Part shown: positions 18,147-31,480 of the stretch, piece by piece | Position numbering within the stretch: the stretch's first letter is position 1 | How the letters are laid out: every line of letters starts with the position of its first letter | Assembly: GCA_963787835.1 (NCBI GenBank) | Contig: CAWBEI010000004.1 | Span: 352,001 to 416,000, forward strand | Direction of reading: 5' to 3' | From: Ignavibacteriota bacterium | GTDB lineage: Bacteria; Bacteroidota; Ignavibacteria; Palsa-1295 | DNA: 64,000 nucleotides | Translations under genes and position numbers: made by a program | Notes under the pieces: model-generated | Database searches by the model: none | What the model was told of the DNA's origin: nothing | The model's input: only the letters and a program-made list of their open reading frames with translations

Positions 18147-21100
18147 TTATTTAATCTGATACCAGGTCGTATTCGAACTGTTGTACATTAACATGTAGGA
18201 TTGACCCGCAGTTAGCGTAGTAGTGCTCGTCCCGCCAATAAGGACGAAACTGGTGGCGGTGGACCAGTTTCCTCCGCCAGAGTCGTTGTCGACGAGGATA
18301 ATGATACGTCCGTTGGTGGGGGATGATGGAAATGTCACCGTACTCGCGGAAGTAATGGAGGGAAGGATTATTACATAGTCCGTTGCCGAAACTGTGAAGC
18401 TGGTTGTGACACTGGTGTTGATATTTGCGGCTATACCGCCAACAAGGTTGATGCCGCCCGAGCCACCCTTGATCGTTGTTGTGGCAGCGCCAGACGTTGA
18501 GCCGATCGTAGCAGTTGCGCCTGAGCCTGTTGCAAGCGACACATTTTCCGTTGTTGAAACTGTCGCGCCATCATCGGTGATCGAGGAGCTGCCAATCGAG
18601 CCGCTCGTCCAAATAGGGACCGTGTTGATTGTGCCGGTTGTCCCTGTCATGCCTATTCCGTTGCCTACGAGCACACCTGTCTGCGTTGTTTCAATTGTGA
18701 TTGCTGGATTCGATCCACCGGTACTCGATTGTTGAGCAAACCCATTTCCGGATGCGATTGACACCCCGGTGAGGCTGTTAGTGCTCCAAGAGAGTGTGCC
18801 ACCGCTTGAGGAAAACAGTACTCCTCCAGAGGCACCAGGTCCTGCCGGCGGTAAGGTGTATGTCATAGAAGCAGTTGCGGTGCTCGCCGCCGGGACAATA
18901 GTTGTCGTAAACGCATTTGCGTTATTGGCAAGAATAATGGAGCCCAAGGCGCCACTCGCCGTTCCAAGCGTCAGCGTACCGCCATGCGTAACCGACCAGT
19001 TATTACCAGTAATGTCATTTCCGCTGGATGAGCCATTGATCGTAATTCCGACACTGGGAGTAGTGGGTGTAACAGTGAGCGTGGTAAATGCGCCCGTGTT
19101 CGGGGTTGTGCTTCCAATGGTTCCGGGAGCAGCCCAGGTTCCACCGAGCAACTGGTTCGCATTGATGGCGCCAGAAGTGGCCGTTCCTCCGTTATAGGTG
19201 AGCGAAGCGCCGCTCCTACCACCATCGCGGCAGATGTATTCGTTCCACCAGTTATGGCGCTAAAGGCAGGCGTTGCGCTGGCACCGGTGACCCAGGAAAG
19301 CGTACCCGTCGTGTTAGTTGAAGATAGAATCTGTCCCGCGGTCGGAGCGGTCGCTGGGAGTATGTAGGTCATCGTTGGCGCACTGGATGCAGGTTCGATC
19401 GTTGTAAGATTGGAATTACCCGTGGTCGCAAGTACCAAGGTTCCAAGCTGAGAACTTGTCTTTCCAAGAGTCAGCACACCATTGTGGGAAACGGACCAAT
19501 TCGTCCCAGTTATATCATTCCCAGTAGAGCTTCCTCCTATCGTCAATCCAACGTTGGAGCCAGACGGTGTAGCCGATAACGTAGTAAAAGCGCCCGTGTT
19601 CGGCGTGGTACTTCCAATCGTGCCGGGAGCGGCCCATGTATTGCCCAGCAGTTGCGTAGCATCGATAACGCCAGTACTCGAATACGTGAGCGTAGCGCCG
19701 GAACCCACGGTCATCGTGGCAGAAGTGTTCGTGCCCGTAGCGATAGCGCCAAAGGCGGGCGTTCCAGAGGAGACTGTTGTCCAGGTTGGAAGCGAGGATG
19801 CGCCCTGATAGGTTAGAACCTGACCAACGGTCGCGCCCACGTTTGAAACTTGCTGAATTGGAGCGGTCGTGGTCGTTCCTGCGACGAGTGGTGCATACGC
19901 GGTCAGCGTGCTAACACCCGTGCCGCCTGCCGCTACGTCAATGGGTGTCGTTGGGGTAGCAACATTCAATGCTGCAACGATGTCATTCCCAGCTCCCGCT
20001 GTGGCGGCAATAGTTGGATTCGGGTAGCTGCTGCCCGTAAGATCGCCGCCAGCGCTGCCGGTTGGTGCCGCGCCGGTGATTGCCACACTGCTTGCTGACG
20101 TCAACTGTCCCTCAGCATTCACAGTGAAGGTTCCGACGTGGGTTCCATCGCCATAACTGCCTGCCGATACCCCTGTGTTCTCAATATCCGCACTGACGAT
20201 CTGCCGGAACCCTGGAGCCGCAGGGCCGCCCGTCGGAGGACCTGCAAAAACGCCGTTCGCCGCTTGATTTGCCAGCGACATATTAATGGTGCCGCTTGTG
20301 GTGACCGGACTACCGGTAATCTGAAAAATGCCGGACCCGTCGTTCAGTCCAACGGATGTAACCGTTCCGCCGCTTCCGGTAGCCGTCAGCTTTCCGCTCG
20401 AGAAGCTTAACCCGGAACCCAGCGTGATCTCAGTCGGAGCAGCGGAACTGCCTGTCGGATTCCCGAGCAACAAGTTCGCCCCCTCGCTCTGAATATTCGC
20501 GTACGTTACCGCGCCATTCGTGATCGTCGTTGCGTTCCCCACGGATGTGATTGGGCCGGTTAGGTTTGCGTTCGTCGTAACTGTTGCTGCTGTTCCCGTC
20601 GTGTTCGAGGTGATGGTTGCCGGAAGATCCGTCGCTGCGATCGAGCGGAACGCCGGAGCAGAGCCAGCTCCCGAGTTTGCAAAGAATTGATTCGCAGTGG
20701 CGACCGTCGAGAGCGTAAAGGTGAGCGCCGGGGTGGTCGTCGCCGAAGAGACCGAGGTGGTGAACAGCGGACTCAGGTTCCCACTGGAGAAGGTTGTCAC
20801 CGTACCGCCGGTTCCCGTTGCCACCAGGGTAGTACCACTGAAAGTCAGTCCGGCACCCAGCGTGATCTCGCTCGGTGCCTGGTTCGTTGCTGCCGTCGGA
20901 TTTCCAAGCAATGTGGTGTGCGTCTCGTTCTGGATATTCGCGTATGTGACCGCGCCATTGGTGATGCTTGTTGCATTACCCGATGATGTGATCGGCCCTG
21001 TGAGGTTGGCATTCGTCGTAACCGTGGCCGCATTGCCAGTGATGTTACCGGTGAGCGTACTGCCATCCCACGCCGGGCCTGCTGTTACAGCGTTTGTGCC

Positions 21101-24100
21101 ATTGCCGAGCAGTAGATCGCCACTTGTCAAGCTCGTTGTACCGGTGCCGCCGTTGGCAACTCCGAGGGTTCCCGTCGTTACATGTGCTACACTGACGACC
21201 GTTGGGCCAGGATAGTTACTGCCAAGATCGCCGGTTGCAGAGCCGGTCGGCGGTGCACCCGTTACGCTGAGCGTCGTGCCTGTCACCGTGATACCGCTGC
21301 CAATCGTAAGCTCTTCCGGAGCCGCCGATGAACCACTCGTATTGCCGAGCAGGGTGTTCGTCGTCTCATTCTGAATGCTGCCGTAGTTGATGGTGCCAGC
21401 GGGGTAATCTGCCGAGACCAATGCGCGGAAGCTCGGTGTATTGGCTCCGCCCGAAGTCGGCCCTGCAAAAACCGTATTAGCCGTTTGCGTTGCCAACGTC
21501 ACCGCAAACGTCCCGCTTGAAGTGATCGTAGCCGGACTAACCGAAAGTACGCTGCTGGGAACCGTCATGCCAACGGAGGTTACCGAGCCGCTGTTCGTTG
21601 TGTTGAGCACGGAACCGGTGAAGCTAAGACCTGGGCCCAAGGTGATCTCCCCGGGTGCCGCGGAGCTGCCTGTTGGATTACCGAGCAGGGTGTTCGGACT
21701 TTCGCTCTGGATATTGGAATAAGAAACTGCGCCAGCAGCGATCGAGGTGGCGAACGTACTGGTTCCCGAACCGGTGACGGGACCTGTCAGGGTGATCGTC
21801 TGATCGCCGGTGTTCGTGCCGGAAAGATTGGAACCCGTTACGGTTCCTGAAGCAGCGACCGAAGTCGGCGTGATGTTGCCTAACCCAATAGCGATGGTTC
21901 CGCTTGTCGTGATTGGAACCCCTCCGACCGTGACACCCTGAGAACCCGAAGCATTGACGCTTGTGACCGTCCCAGTTCCGGAAGCAACATCTAACGTAGT
22001 TCCACTAAAGCTCAGCCCGGGGCCAAGCGTGATCTCGTTTGGTGTGGCCGCAGTTCCCGTCGGATTGCCGAGCAGGGAATGAATGCCCTCGTTCTGCATC
22101 TTTGCATACGTAACAGCACCATTCTTAATAGTGGTGGTTACGGTGCCGGATGTGGTGACGTCCCCCGTAAGATCGGTATTGCCGACCGCATTCGTTCCAG
22201 TGAAGGCCGCGAGATGGCCGTTGGTGCCATTCACTGCTGTGTTGACGGCAGTGGTAATATCACTTCGCAGCGCGATGGTTGCTGTTGAAGCGCCCGGGTC
22301 GGGGAGGGTGTAGGCCGTAGCCTGCCCAAGCGATGTTGCCGGCATGATCGTACCTTTGTTATAGGGACTGTTGGCTGCCACTAAGGTAAGGGTATCGAGA
22401 GTTGCGCTGAGATAATAGGGAGTTCCCGGTATAGCGGTAGTTCCAGTAGTAACGCCTGCACGAAGCATGTCGGTTGTGACTATAGAATCGTTCGGCGATC
22501 CCGTTGCAAGCCCAACCCCGGTAGTGATCGTATTGCGCGGTGCCGGCAGCCAAAAGAGGTCTTGGGTACTCCCTGTGATCGATGGGTTGTAGATGAGCAC
22601 TTGACCTCCGCCAGCCTTCGCGCTTTCAAACAACACCATGCGCGCAGCGCCAGGGTTGATGGTCAGTCCGGGAATTCCGATACCAAAGCTTTGGGAGTTG
22701 AAACTGCCGCCCGGCGTAAAAGATACGCTATCGTGTCCCGCATCGCCGGCATAAAGTACAAGGCCGCCTTTCGTCGAGCTGGCACCCGCACTAAGCACGC
22801 CGCCGGTAACATAAAGATTGGAAACCTTATCCAGCTCATTTCCGGCCAGGTTGATATTGCCCGTCATCGTGCCGCCTGCGAGTGGAAGATAGGTTCCACT
22901 AATATCTGGCACGTCCGCCGCAACAAGGGAACGGAATAGAGGAGCCCCGGTCGATCCGTTCGCAGGTGAAGCAAAAACAGTATTGTTAGATGCCGTTGCT
23001 GTACCAGTTCCGCCATTTGCAACGTTGATGACACTTGTACCATCGTTGATGGCTGTTACGATGTCCGTACCTGCTGTGTTCGCGATGGTTGTAGCGCTTT
23101 GCGTTCCGGTCACGTCGCCAGATAATGAACCAGTGAAGTTTGTTGCCGTCGTGGCGGTGGCCGCATTCCCCGAAGTGTTCGAGGTGATAGTGGCCGGAAG
23201 GTCCGTCGCCGCGATCGATCGGAACGCCGGAGCCGAGCCGCTCGTCGTGTTCGCAAAGAACTGATTGGCAGCGGTCACTGTCGAAAGGGTGAAGGAGAGC
23301 GCAGGTGTCGTGGTCGGCGTTGCGACCGAGGTGGTGAACAGCGGACTCAGGTTCCCGCTCGAGAAGGACGTAACAGTTCCGCCGCTTCCGGTAGCCGTCA
23401 GCGTGGTGCCGTTGAAAGCAAGTCCGGAGCCGAGGGTGATCTCGCTCGGTGCGGCTGCTACGCCAGTTGGATTGCCGAGCAGCGTGACCGTGCTTTCCTT
23501 CTGAATATTCCCATACGTCACGGCGTTGGCAGTGATCGAAGTTGCATTGCCCACCGACGTGATCGGGCCGGTGAGGTTGGCATCGGTGGTGACGGTGGCC
23601 GCATTGCCGCTCGTATTGTTCGTGATCGCCCCGGCTGCATCGATGACCGCGGCCGAGATGTTTCCTACCGTTGGGTTCGGATAAGTTCCATTGAGATCAC
23701 CGCCGGCTGTACCGCTGGGAGCCGCTGTGACCGTGATGTTCGACGCGCCTGTGAAGAGGACGCCATTGATGTTTGCGCCCGGCGAGAGCGCGGAAGCCGT
23801 GGCCGCATTCCCCGAAGTGTTCGAGGTGATCGTAGCCGGAAGGTCCGTCGCCACGATCGATCGGAACGCCGGAGCAGAGCCACCCGTGGTGTTCGCAAAG
23901 AACTGATTGGCAGCGGTCACCGTCGAAAGGGTAAAGGAGAGCGCAGGCGTCGTGGTCGGCGTTGCGACCGAGGTGGTGAACAACGGACTCAGGTTTCCGC
24001 TCGAGAAGGACGTTACGGTTCCGCCGCTGCCGGTAGCCGTCAGGGTGTTACCGCTGAAAGCAAGACCGGAGCCCAGCGTGATCTCGCTCGGTGCCGCCGC

Positions 24101-27100
24101 GGTGGAACTCGATGGATTTCCGAGCAATGTGCTCTTTGTCTCATTCTGAATATTTGCATAGGTCACCGCACCGTCGGTGATCGAGGTGGCGTTACCTACC
24201 GACGTGACCGGGCCGGTGAGGTTGGCATCGGTGGTGACGGTGGCCGCATTGCCGCTCGTATTGTTCGTGATCGCACCGGCTGCATCGATGACTGCGGCCG
24301 AGACACTCGCTACGGTTGGGTTCGGATAGGTTCCACTGAGATCGCCACCGGCTGTACCGCTGGGAGCCGCTGTGACCGTGATGTTCGACGCGCCTGTGAA
24401 GAGGACGCCATTGATGTTTGCGCCCGGCGAGAGCGCGGAAGCGGTGGCCGCATTCCCGGAGGTGTTCGAGGTGATGGTGGCCGGAAGGTCCGTCGCCGCG
24501 ATCGATCGGAAGGCCGGAGCAGATCCACCCGTGGTGTTCGCAAAGAACTGATTGGCAGCGGTCACCGTCGAAAGGGTAAAGGAGAGCACAGGCGTCGTGG
24601 TCGGTGTTGCGACCGAGGTGGTGAACAGCGGACTCAGGTTTCCGCTCGAGAAGGACGTTACGGTTCCACCGCTTCCGGTAGCCGTCAGCGTGTTACCGCT
24701 GAAAGCAAGACCGGAGCCCAGCGTGATCTCGCTCGGTGCGGCTGCTACGCCAGTTGGATTGCCGAGCAGCGTGACCGTGCTTTCCTTCTGAATATTCCCA
24801 TACGTCACGGCGCCGGCAGTGATCGAAGTTGCATTGCCCACCGACGTGATCGGGCCGGTGAGGTTGGCATCGGTGGTGACGGTTGCGGCGTTACCCGTCG
24901 TGCTGTTCGACAGCGTGCCGCCATTAGCCGTCAACGCGGCAATAATATCGGCGCCTGCAGCCGACGTGTTCGCGATCGTCGGATTTGGATAGGTTCCATT
25001 GAGATCGCCACCGGCTGTACCGCTGGGAGCCGCTGTGACCGTGATGTTCGACGCGCCTGTGAAGAGGACGCCATTGATGTTTGCGCCCGGCGAGAGCGCG
25101 GAAGCGGTGGCCGCTGTCCCCGAGGTGTTCGAGGTGATCGTGGCCGGAAGGTCCGTCGCCGCGATCGATCGGAAGGCCGGAGCAGATCCACCCGTCGTGT
25201 TCGCAAAGAACTGATTGGCGCTTGCCACGGTCGAAAGCGTGAAGGAGAGTGCGGGGGTCGTGGTAGAAGTGGCTACGGATGTGGTGAACAACGGGCTCAG
25301 GTTCCCGCTCGAGAAGGACGTTACGGTTCCGCCGCTGCCGGTGGCCGTTAGGGTGTTGCCGCTGAAGGCAAGTCCGGAGCCGAGGGTGATCTCGCTCGGT
25401 GCGGCTGCTACGCCAGTTGGATTGCCGAGCAGCGTGACCGTGCTTTCCTTCTGAATATTCCCATACGTCACGGCGTTGGCAGTGATCGAAGTTGCATTGC
25501 CCACCGACGTGATCGGGCCGGTGAGGTTGGCATCGGTGGTCACGGTGGCCGCATTGCCGCTCGTATTGTTCGTGATCGCCCCGGCTGCATCGATGACCGC
25601 GGCCGAGATGTTTCCTACCGTTGGGTTCGGATAAGTTCCATTGAGATCACCGCCGGCTGTACCGCTGGGAGCCGCTGTGACCGTGATGTTCGACGCGCCT
25701 GTGAAGAGGACGCCATTGATGTTTGCGCCAGGAGAGAGCGCGGAAGCCGTGGCCGCATTCCCCGACGTGTTCGAGGTGATGGTGGCCGGAAGGTCTGCCG
25801 CCGCGATCGATCGGAACGCCGGAGCCGAGCCGCTCGTCGTGTTCGCAAAGAACTGATTGGCAGCGGTCACTGTCGAAAGGGTGAAGGAGAGCGCAGGTGT
25901 CGTGGTCGGCGTTGCGACCGAGGTGGTGAACAGCGGACTCAGGTTCCCGCTCGAGAAGGACGTAACAGTTCCGCCGCCGCCGGTAGCCGTCAGCGTGTTG
26001 CCGCTGAAGGCAAGTCCGGAGCCGAGGGTGATCTCGCTTGGTGCGGCAGCTGCGCCAGTTGGATTGCCGAGCAGCGTGACCGTGCTTTCCTTCTGAATAT
26101 TCCCATACGTCACGGCGTTGGCAGTGATCGAAGTTGCATTGCCCACCGACGTGACCGGGCCTGTGAGGTTGGCATCGGTGGTGACGGTTGCGGCGTTACC
26201 GCTCGTATTGTTCGTGATCGCCCCGGCTGCATCGATGACCGCGGCCGAGATGTTTCCTACCGTTGGGTTCGGATAGGTTCCGGTGAGATCGCCACCGGCT
26301 GTACCGCTGGGAGCCGCTGTGACCGTGATGTTCGACGCGCCGGTGAAGAGGACGCCATTGATCTGTGCGCCGGGAGAGAGCGCGGAAGCCGTGGCCGCAT
26401 TCCCCGACGTGTTCGAGGTGATGGTGGCCGGAAGGTCCGTCGCCGCGATCGATCGGAAGGCCGGAGCAGATCCACCCGTGGTGTTCGCAAAGAACTGATT
26501 GGCAGCGGTCACTGTCGAAAGCGTGAAGGAGAGCGCAGGTGTCGTGGTCGGCGTTGCGACCGAGGTGGTGAACAGCGGACTCAGGTTCCCGCTCGAGAAG
26601 GACGTTACGGTTCCGCCGCTTCCGGTGGCTGTAAGCGTGGTGCCGTTGAAAGCAAGTCCGGAGCCGAGGGTGATCTCGCTTGGTGCGGCAGCTGCGCCAG
26701 TTGGATTGCCGAGCAAGGTGCTATGCGTCTCGCTTTGAATGTTCGAATACTGTACCGCGCCGGCAGTGATCGTTGTTGCATTGCCCACCGACGTGATCGG
26801 GCCGGTGAGGTTGGCATCGGTGGTGACGGTTGCGGCGTTACCCGTCGTGCTGTTCGACAGCGTGCCGCCATTAGCCGTCAACGCGGCAATAATATCGGCG
26901 CCTGCAGCCGACGTGTTCGCGATCGTCGGATTTGGATAGGTTCCATTGAGATCGCCACCGGCTGTACCGCTGGGAGCCGCTGTGACCGTGATGTTCGACG
27001 CGCCTGTGAAGAGGACGCCATTGATGTTTGCGCCCGGCGAGAGCGCGGAAGCGGTGGCCGCATTCCCCGAAGTGTTCGAGGTGATAGTGGCCGGAAGGTC

Positions 27101-30100
27101 CGTCGCCGCGATCGATCGGAACGCCGGAGCCGAGCCGCTCGTCGTGTTCGCAAAGAACTGATTGGCAGCGGTCACTGTCGAAAGGGTGAAGGAGAGCGCA
27201 GGTGTCGTGGTCGGCGTTGCGACCGAGGTGGTGAACAGCGGACTCAGGTTCCCGCTCGAGAAGGACGTAACAGTTCCGCCGCTTCCGGTAGCCGTCAGCG
27301 TGGTGCCGCTGAAGGCAAGTCCGGAGCCCAGGGTGATCTCGCTCGGTGCGGCTGCTGCGCCAGTTGGATTGCCGAGCAGCGTGACCGTGCTTTCCTTCTG
27401 AATATTCCCATACGTCACGGCGTTGGCAGTGATCGAAGTTGCATTGCCCACCGACGTGATCGGGCCGGTGAGGTTGGCATCGGTGGTGACGGTGGCTGCG
27501 TTACCCGTCGTGCTGTTCGACAGCGTACCGCCATTGGTCGTGAGGGCTGCAATGATGTTCGCGCCCGCTGCAGATGTGTTCGCGATAGTCGGATTTGGAT
27601 AAGTTCCATTGAGATCGCCACCGGCTGTACCGCTGGGAGCCGCTGTGACCGTGATGTTCGACGCGCCTGTGAAGAGGACGCCATTGATCTGTGCGCCAGG
27701 AGAGAGTGCGGAAGCCGTGGCCGCATTCCCCGTGGTGTTCGAGGTGATAGTGGCCGGAAGGTCCGTCGCCGCGATCGAGCGGAATGCCGGAGCCGAGCCG
27801 CCCGTCGTGTTCGCAAAGAACTGATTGGTGCTTGCCACCGTCGAAAGGGTGAAGGAGAGCGCAGGCGTCGTGGTCGGCGTTGCGACCGAGGTGGTGAACA
27901 ACGGACTCAGGTTCCCGCTCGAGAAGGACGTTACGGTTCCGCCGCTTCCGGTGGCCGTCAGCGTGGTGCCGTTGAAAGCAAGTCCGGAGCCGAGGGTGAT
28001 CTCGCTCGGTGCGGCTGCTACGCCAGTTGGATTGCCGAGCAGCGTGACCGTGCTTTCCTTCTGAATATTCCCATACGTCACGGCGTTGGCAGTGATCGAA
28101 GTTGCATTGCCCACCGACGTGATCGGGCCGGTGAGGTTGGCATCGGTGGTGACGGTGGCCGCATTGCCGCTCGTATTGTTCGTGATCGCCCCGGCTGCAT
28201 CGATGACCGCGGCCGAGATGTTTCCTACCGTTGGGTTCGGATAAGTTCCATTGAGATCACCGCCGGCTGTACCGCTGGGAGCCGCTGTGACCGTGATGTT
28301 CGACGCGCCTGTGAAGAGGACGCCATTGATCTGTGCGCCAGGAGAGAGCGCGGAAGCCGTGGCCGCATTCCCCGACGTGTTCGAGGTGATGGTGGCGGGA
28401 AGGTCCGTCGCCGCGATCGATCGGAAGGCCGGAGCAGATCCACCCGTGGTGTTCGCAAAGAACTGATTGGCGCTTGCCACCGTCGAAAGCGTGAAGGAGA
28501 GCGCGGGCGTCGTGGTCGGCGTTGCGACCGAGGTGGTGAACAGCGGACTCAGGTTCCCGCTCGAGAAGGACGTTACGGTTCCGCCGCTGCCGGTAGCCGT
28601 CAGCGTGGTGCCGTTGAAGGCAAGTCCGGAGCCCAGGGTGATCTCGCTCGGTGCGGCTGCTGCGCCGGAGTTATTACCAAGCAGGGTTGCGTTGGATTCA
28701 TTTTGGATCTTGGCATAGGTTACCGCGCCCGGCGTGATCGTGGTGGCAAAGCTCCCGGTTCCAGAACCGGTGACCGGACCGGTGAGCGTGATCGTCTGAT
28801 CCCCCGTGTTCGTGCCCGAAAGGTTCGAGCCTGTTACGGTGCCCGTGGCTGCGACGGATGTTGGAGTGATCGAGCCTAAACCGATGGCGATCGTCCCGCT
28901 CGTGGTGATCGGAACTCCGCTGACCGTGACGCCCTGGGAACCTGTGGCATTCACACTCGTGACCGTGCCACTGCCGCCGGTAGCCGTCAGCGTGTTGCCG
29001 CTAAAGGCAAGCCCGGAACCCAATGTGATCTCGCTCGGTGCCGCTGCGGTGGAACTCGATGGATTTCCAAGCAACGTGCTCTTCGTTTCATTCTGAATAT
29101 TTGCGTAATTAACCGCGCCATTAGTGATCGAGGTCGCATTCCCCACTGACGTTATCGGACCCGTGAGGTTCGCATCTGTCGTGACCGTTGCCGCATTGCC
29201 CGTCGTATTCTGATTGAGCGTCGGAAAATCGCTGGCGGTTGCAATGCTGAGCGCGCCCGTGCCAGTCGTCGATTTTAAGATACCCGTTCCAAGGGAAGAA
29301 GTCCCAGCGGAATAATCGGTTCCTGCGGTTCCTGCCGAGATCGCGGTTCCATTGCCCTTAAGCATTCCGGTGACGGTCGTCGAAAGGGTGATCGCCGGAG
29401 TGGTCGTCGAATTGGAGACCGTACCCGCTAAGCCATTCGCAGTTGCCACCGAGACGGAGGTTACTGTTCCGGTATTTGTAGCGCTTAGCACAGAGCCGGT
29501 CAGATTCAGCCCCGAGCCGAGCGTGATCTCGCCGGGTGCTGCCGCTGCACCCGAGTTGTTGCCGAGCAGGGTTGCGTTCGATTCGTTCTGGATCTTGGCA
29601 TAGGTCACTGCACCGTTGGTGATCGAGGTCGCATTGCCGGACGAGGTGACCGGACCCGTGAGGTTGGCATCGGTCGTCACTGTTGCCGCATTTCCAGTGA
29701 TGTTGCCTGTCATCGTGCTTGTACCGGAGTTCCATGCTGGGCCGGACGTGACCGGACTCGTGCCATTGCCGACCAAGAGTGAACCACTGGTTAACGTTGT
29801 TGCCCCAGTACCTCCGTTGGCTACGCCGAGCGTACCCGTAGTAACATGAGCAACACTCACGACGGTTGGGTTCGGATAGGTTCCACCCAGATCGCCGCCC
29901 GCTGCACCACCTGGTGTTACACCCGTGATGGTGGTATTGGATGCATTGGTGATCCTGCCTTTAGCATCAACAGTTAACGTTGGAGTGGATGTCGCGCTAC
30001 CATAGTTCCCAGCTGTGACTCCAGAAGTGACGAGCGTAGGGTTAGGGTAGGTACCTGTCAGGTCCCCGCCGGCTGCGCCGGTTGGCTGTGTTCCCGTAGC

Positions 30101-31480
30101 AGCGATAGTGATCGAGCCGGCGGTGTTCGTGATGGATATACCTGTCCCTGGGGTCAGTGTTCCGGGAGTAAGAGTGTTGCCGGTGGAATTACCAATGAGC
30201 AACTGTCCATTCGTATAAGAAGTTTGGCCAGTACCTCCGTGTGCGACAGCAACGGTACCGGTCACATTCGCAGCATCGCCTCCAATGTTCCCGGAAATCT
30301 TGCTACCATTGATGAGCGTGGTTGTTGCATTATTGATTGAATTTGCCAGCGCACTTCCCTGAGCATCGGTGAATGGGAACGATTGTGTTGCAAGCCAGTT
30401 GTTGGCATGGTTGAGATTAAGAGCAGCATTGACATTGCCCGTCGTTGGTGAAATGGAAAGGGTACCATCTGAAGCCACGTTCGTTACGCTGGTGACACCC
30501 TGACCAGGGGCTTGCCATGTGGGGTCGGCGGACGCGCCGTTACTGGTGAGTATATAACCGGCCGTTCCAGGAACGACTGTTGCCAGCGCACTCGTCCCTT
30601 TTCCGATAAGCACGCCGTGATCCGGGATCGATTGGAGTCCCGTACCGCCATTGGAGACGCCAAGTGTTCCACCGAGCGTTAGTGTGCCGCTTGTGGTGAT
30701 CGGCCCACCGCTGACGGTGAGGCCAGTAGTTCCACCGGAGGCGTTGACGCTTGTTACAGCACCGCCTGGAGCGCTGATCGTGATCGCATTGGTTCCAGGA
30801 GTGATCGTGATGCCCTGACCGGCATTGATCTGAAAATTATCGTTTGCGTCAGGCCCGAGATTGTTAATGGTGGAGACTCCCGGGCTGGATAGGAGATTGT
30901 TGGGAATCTTCGATGGAAGAAATGCAGGATCCATCTTAGCCGAGCCGGTATATCCCGAGCCGAGAGGGACCGGAAATAACTCACCTGCGACCGGTGTTGA
31001 CGAAGCGGCAAGCCCATTGACGGTTCCAGCATTGATCGCATACGGCGCAGACCATAATTCTGCGGGTGGAAGCGTAGTCGAGGGTGAACCCGAAACCACT
31101 ACTTGTAAGTAGTACTGCGACGTAAAATTCAAATTAGTCGGGAAGGGGGCGGTCGGGCCACCAATAACCATATTGAAGATCCCCTCTGTTACCACTACAT
31201 TTTGCACCGTCTCGGAATAGATCGGGTTGAGCCCCTGGTCGGTAAGCGTGACCGTGAAATTTAGGATGTTCGTACCCGGAAGCGGCGCACCGTTCTGTTC
31301 TAAGATTCCCTGGTAGGTAAAACCATCGGGAACCTGAGCTTTCACCACGGGGGTACCCCAGAAGAGTGGAAGGATCAGCCCGAGCGCCATCAGGCAACGG
31401 CACACGCTAACGGGAACGCTCACCGCGTGGGAGAATACGAGATGAGAGGCGCTAATGTGCCTCGAGAGTTTATTTGTCAT
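18147..31480 (-). CDS. Giant secreted trimeric fibre or adhesin-like protein (~4,440 aa), with a 1-nt frameshift at ~19216 separating the C-terminal part
   Basis: Signal peptide ...VVKA/Q; N-domain FTYQGIL...SAPYA; V(A/S)xGGTG, AGGDLxGTYPNP, GTVTSV and [11 protein letters not shown] motifs. Adding one base at GTA-GG^AGC-GGC gives [13 protein letters not shown]...[20 protein letters not shown], matching the preceding internal repeat and joining ORF 18147-19151. Confidence 0.85.
23150..28670 (-). repeat. Nine tandem coding repeats of 642-663 bp (last one partial)
   Basis: [20 protein letters not shown] recurs with spacings 642, 663, 663, 642, 642, 663, 645, 642 nt; a further diverged partial copy near 20600-20830. 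Confidence 0.95.

Noticed and set aside
26723-28879. 718-aa Arg-rich ORF on + and many 70-90 aa ORFs inside the giant gene
   Set aside because: Antisense or alternate-frame shadows of a GC-rich repetitive coding sequence; they recur with the repeat period.
18147-31480. Prophage suggested by tail-fibre motifs
   Set aside because: The protein has a Sec signal peptide and there are no capsid, terminase, integrase or lysis genes nearby.
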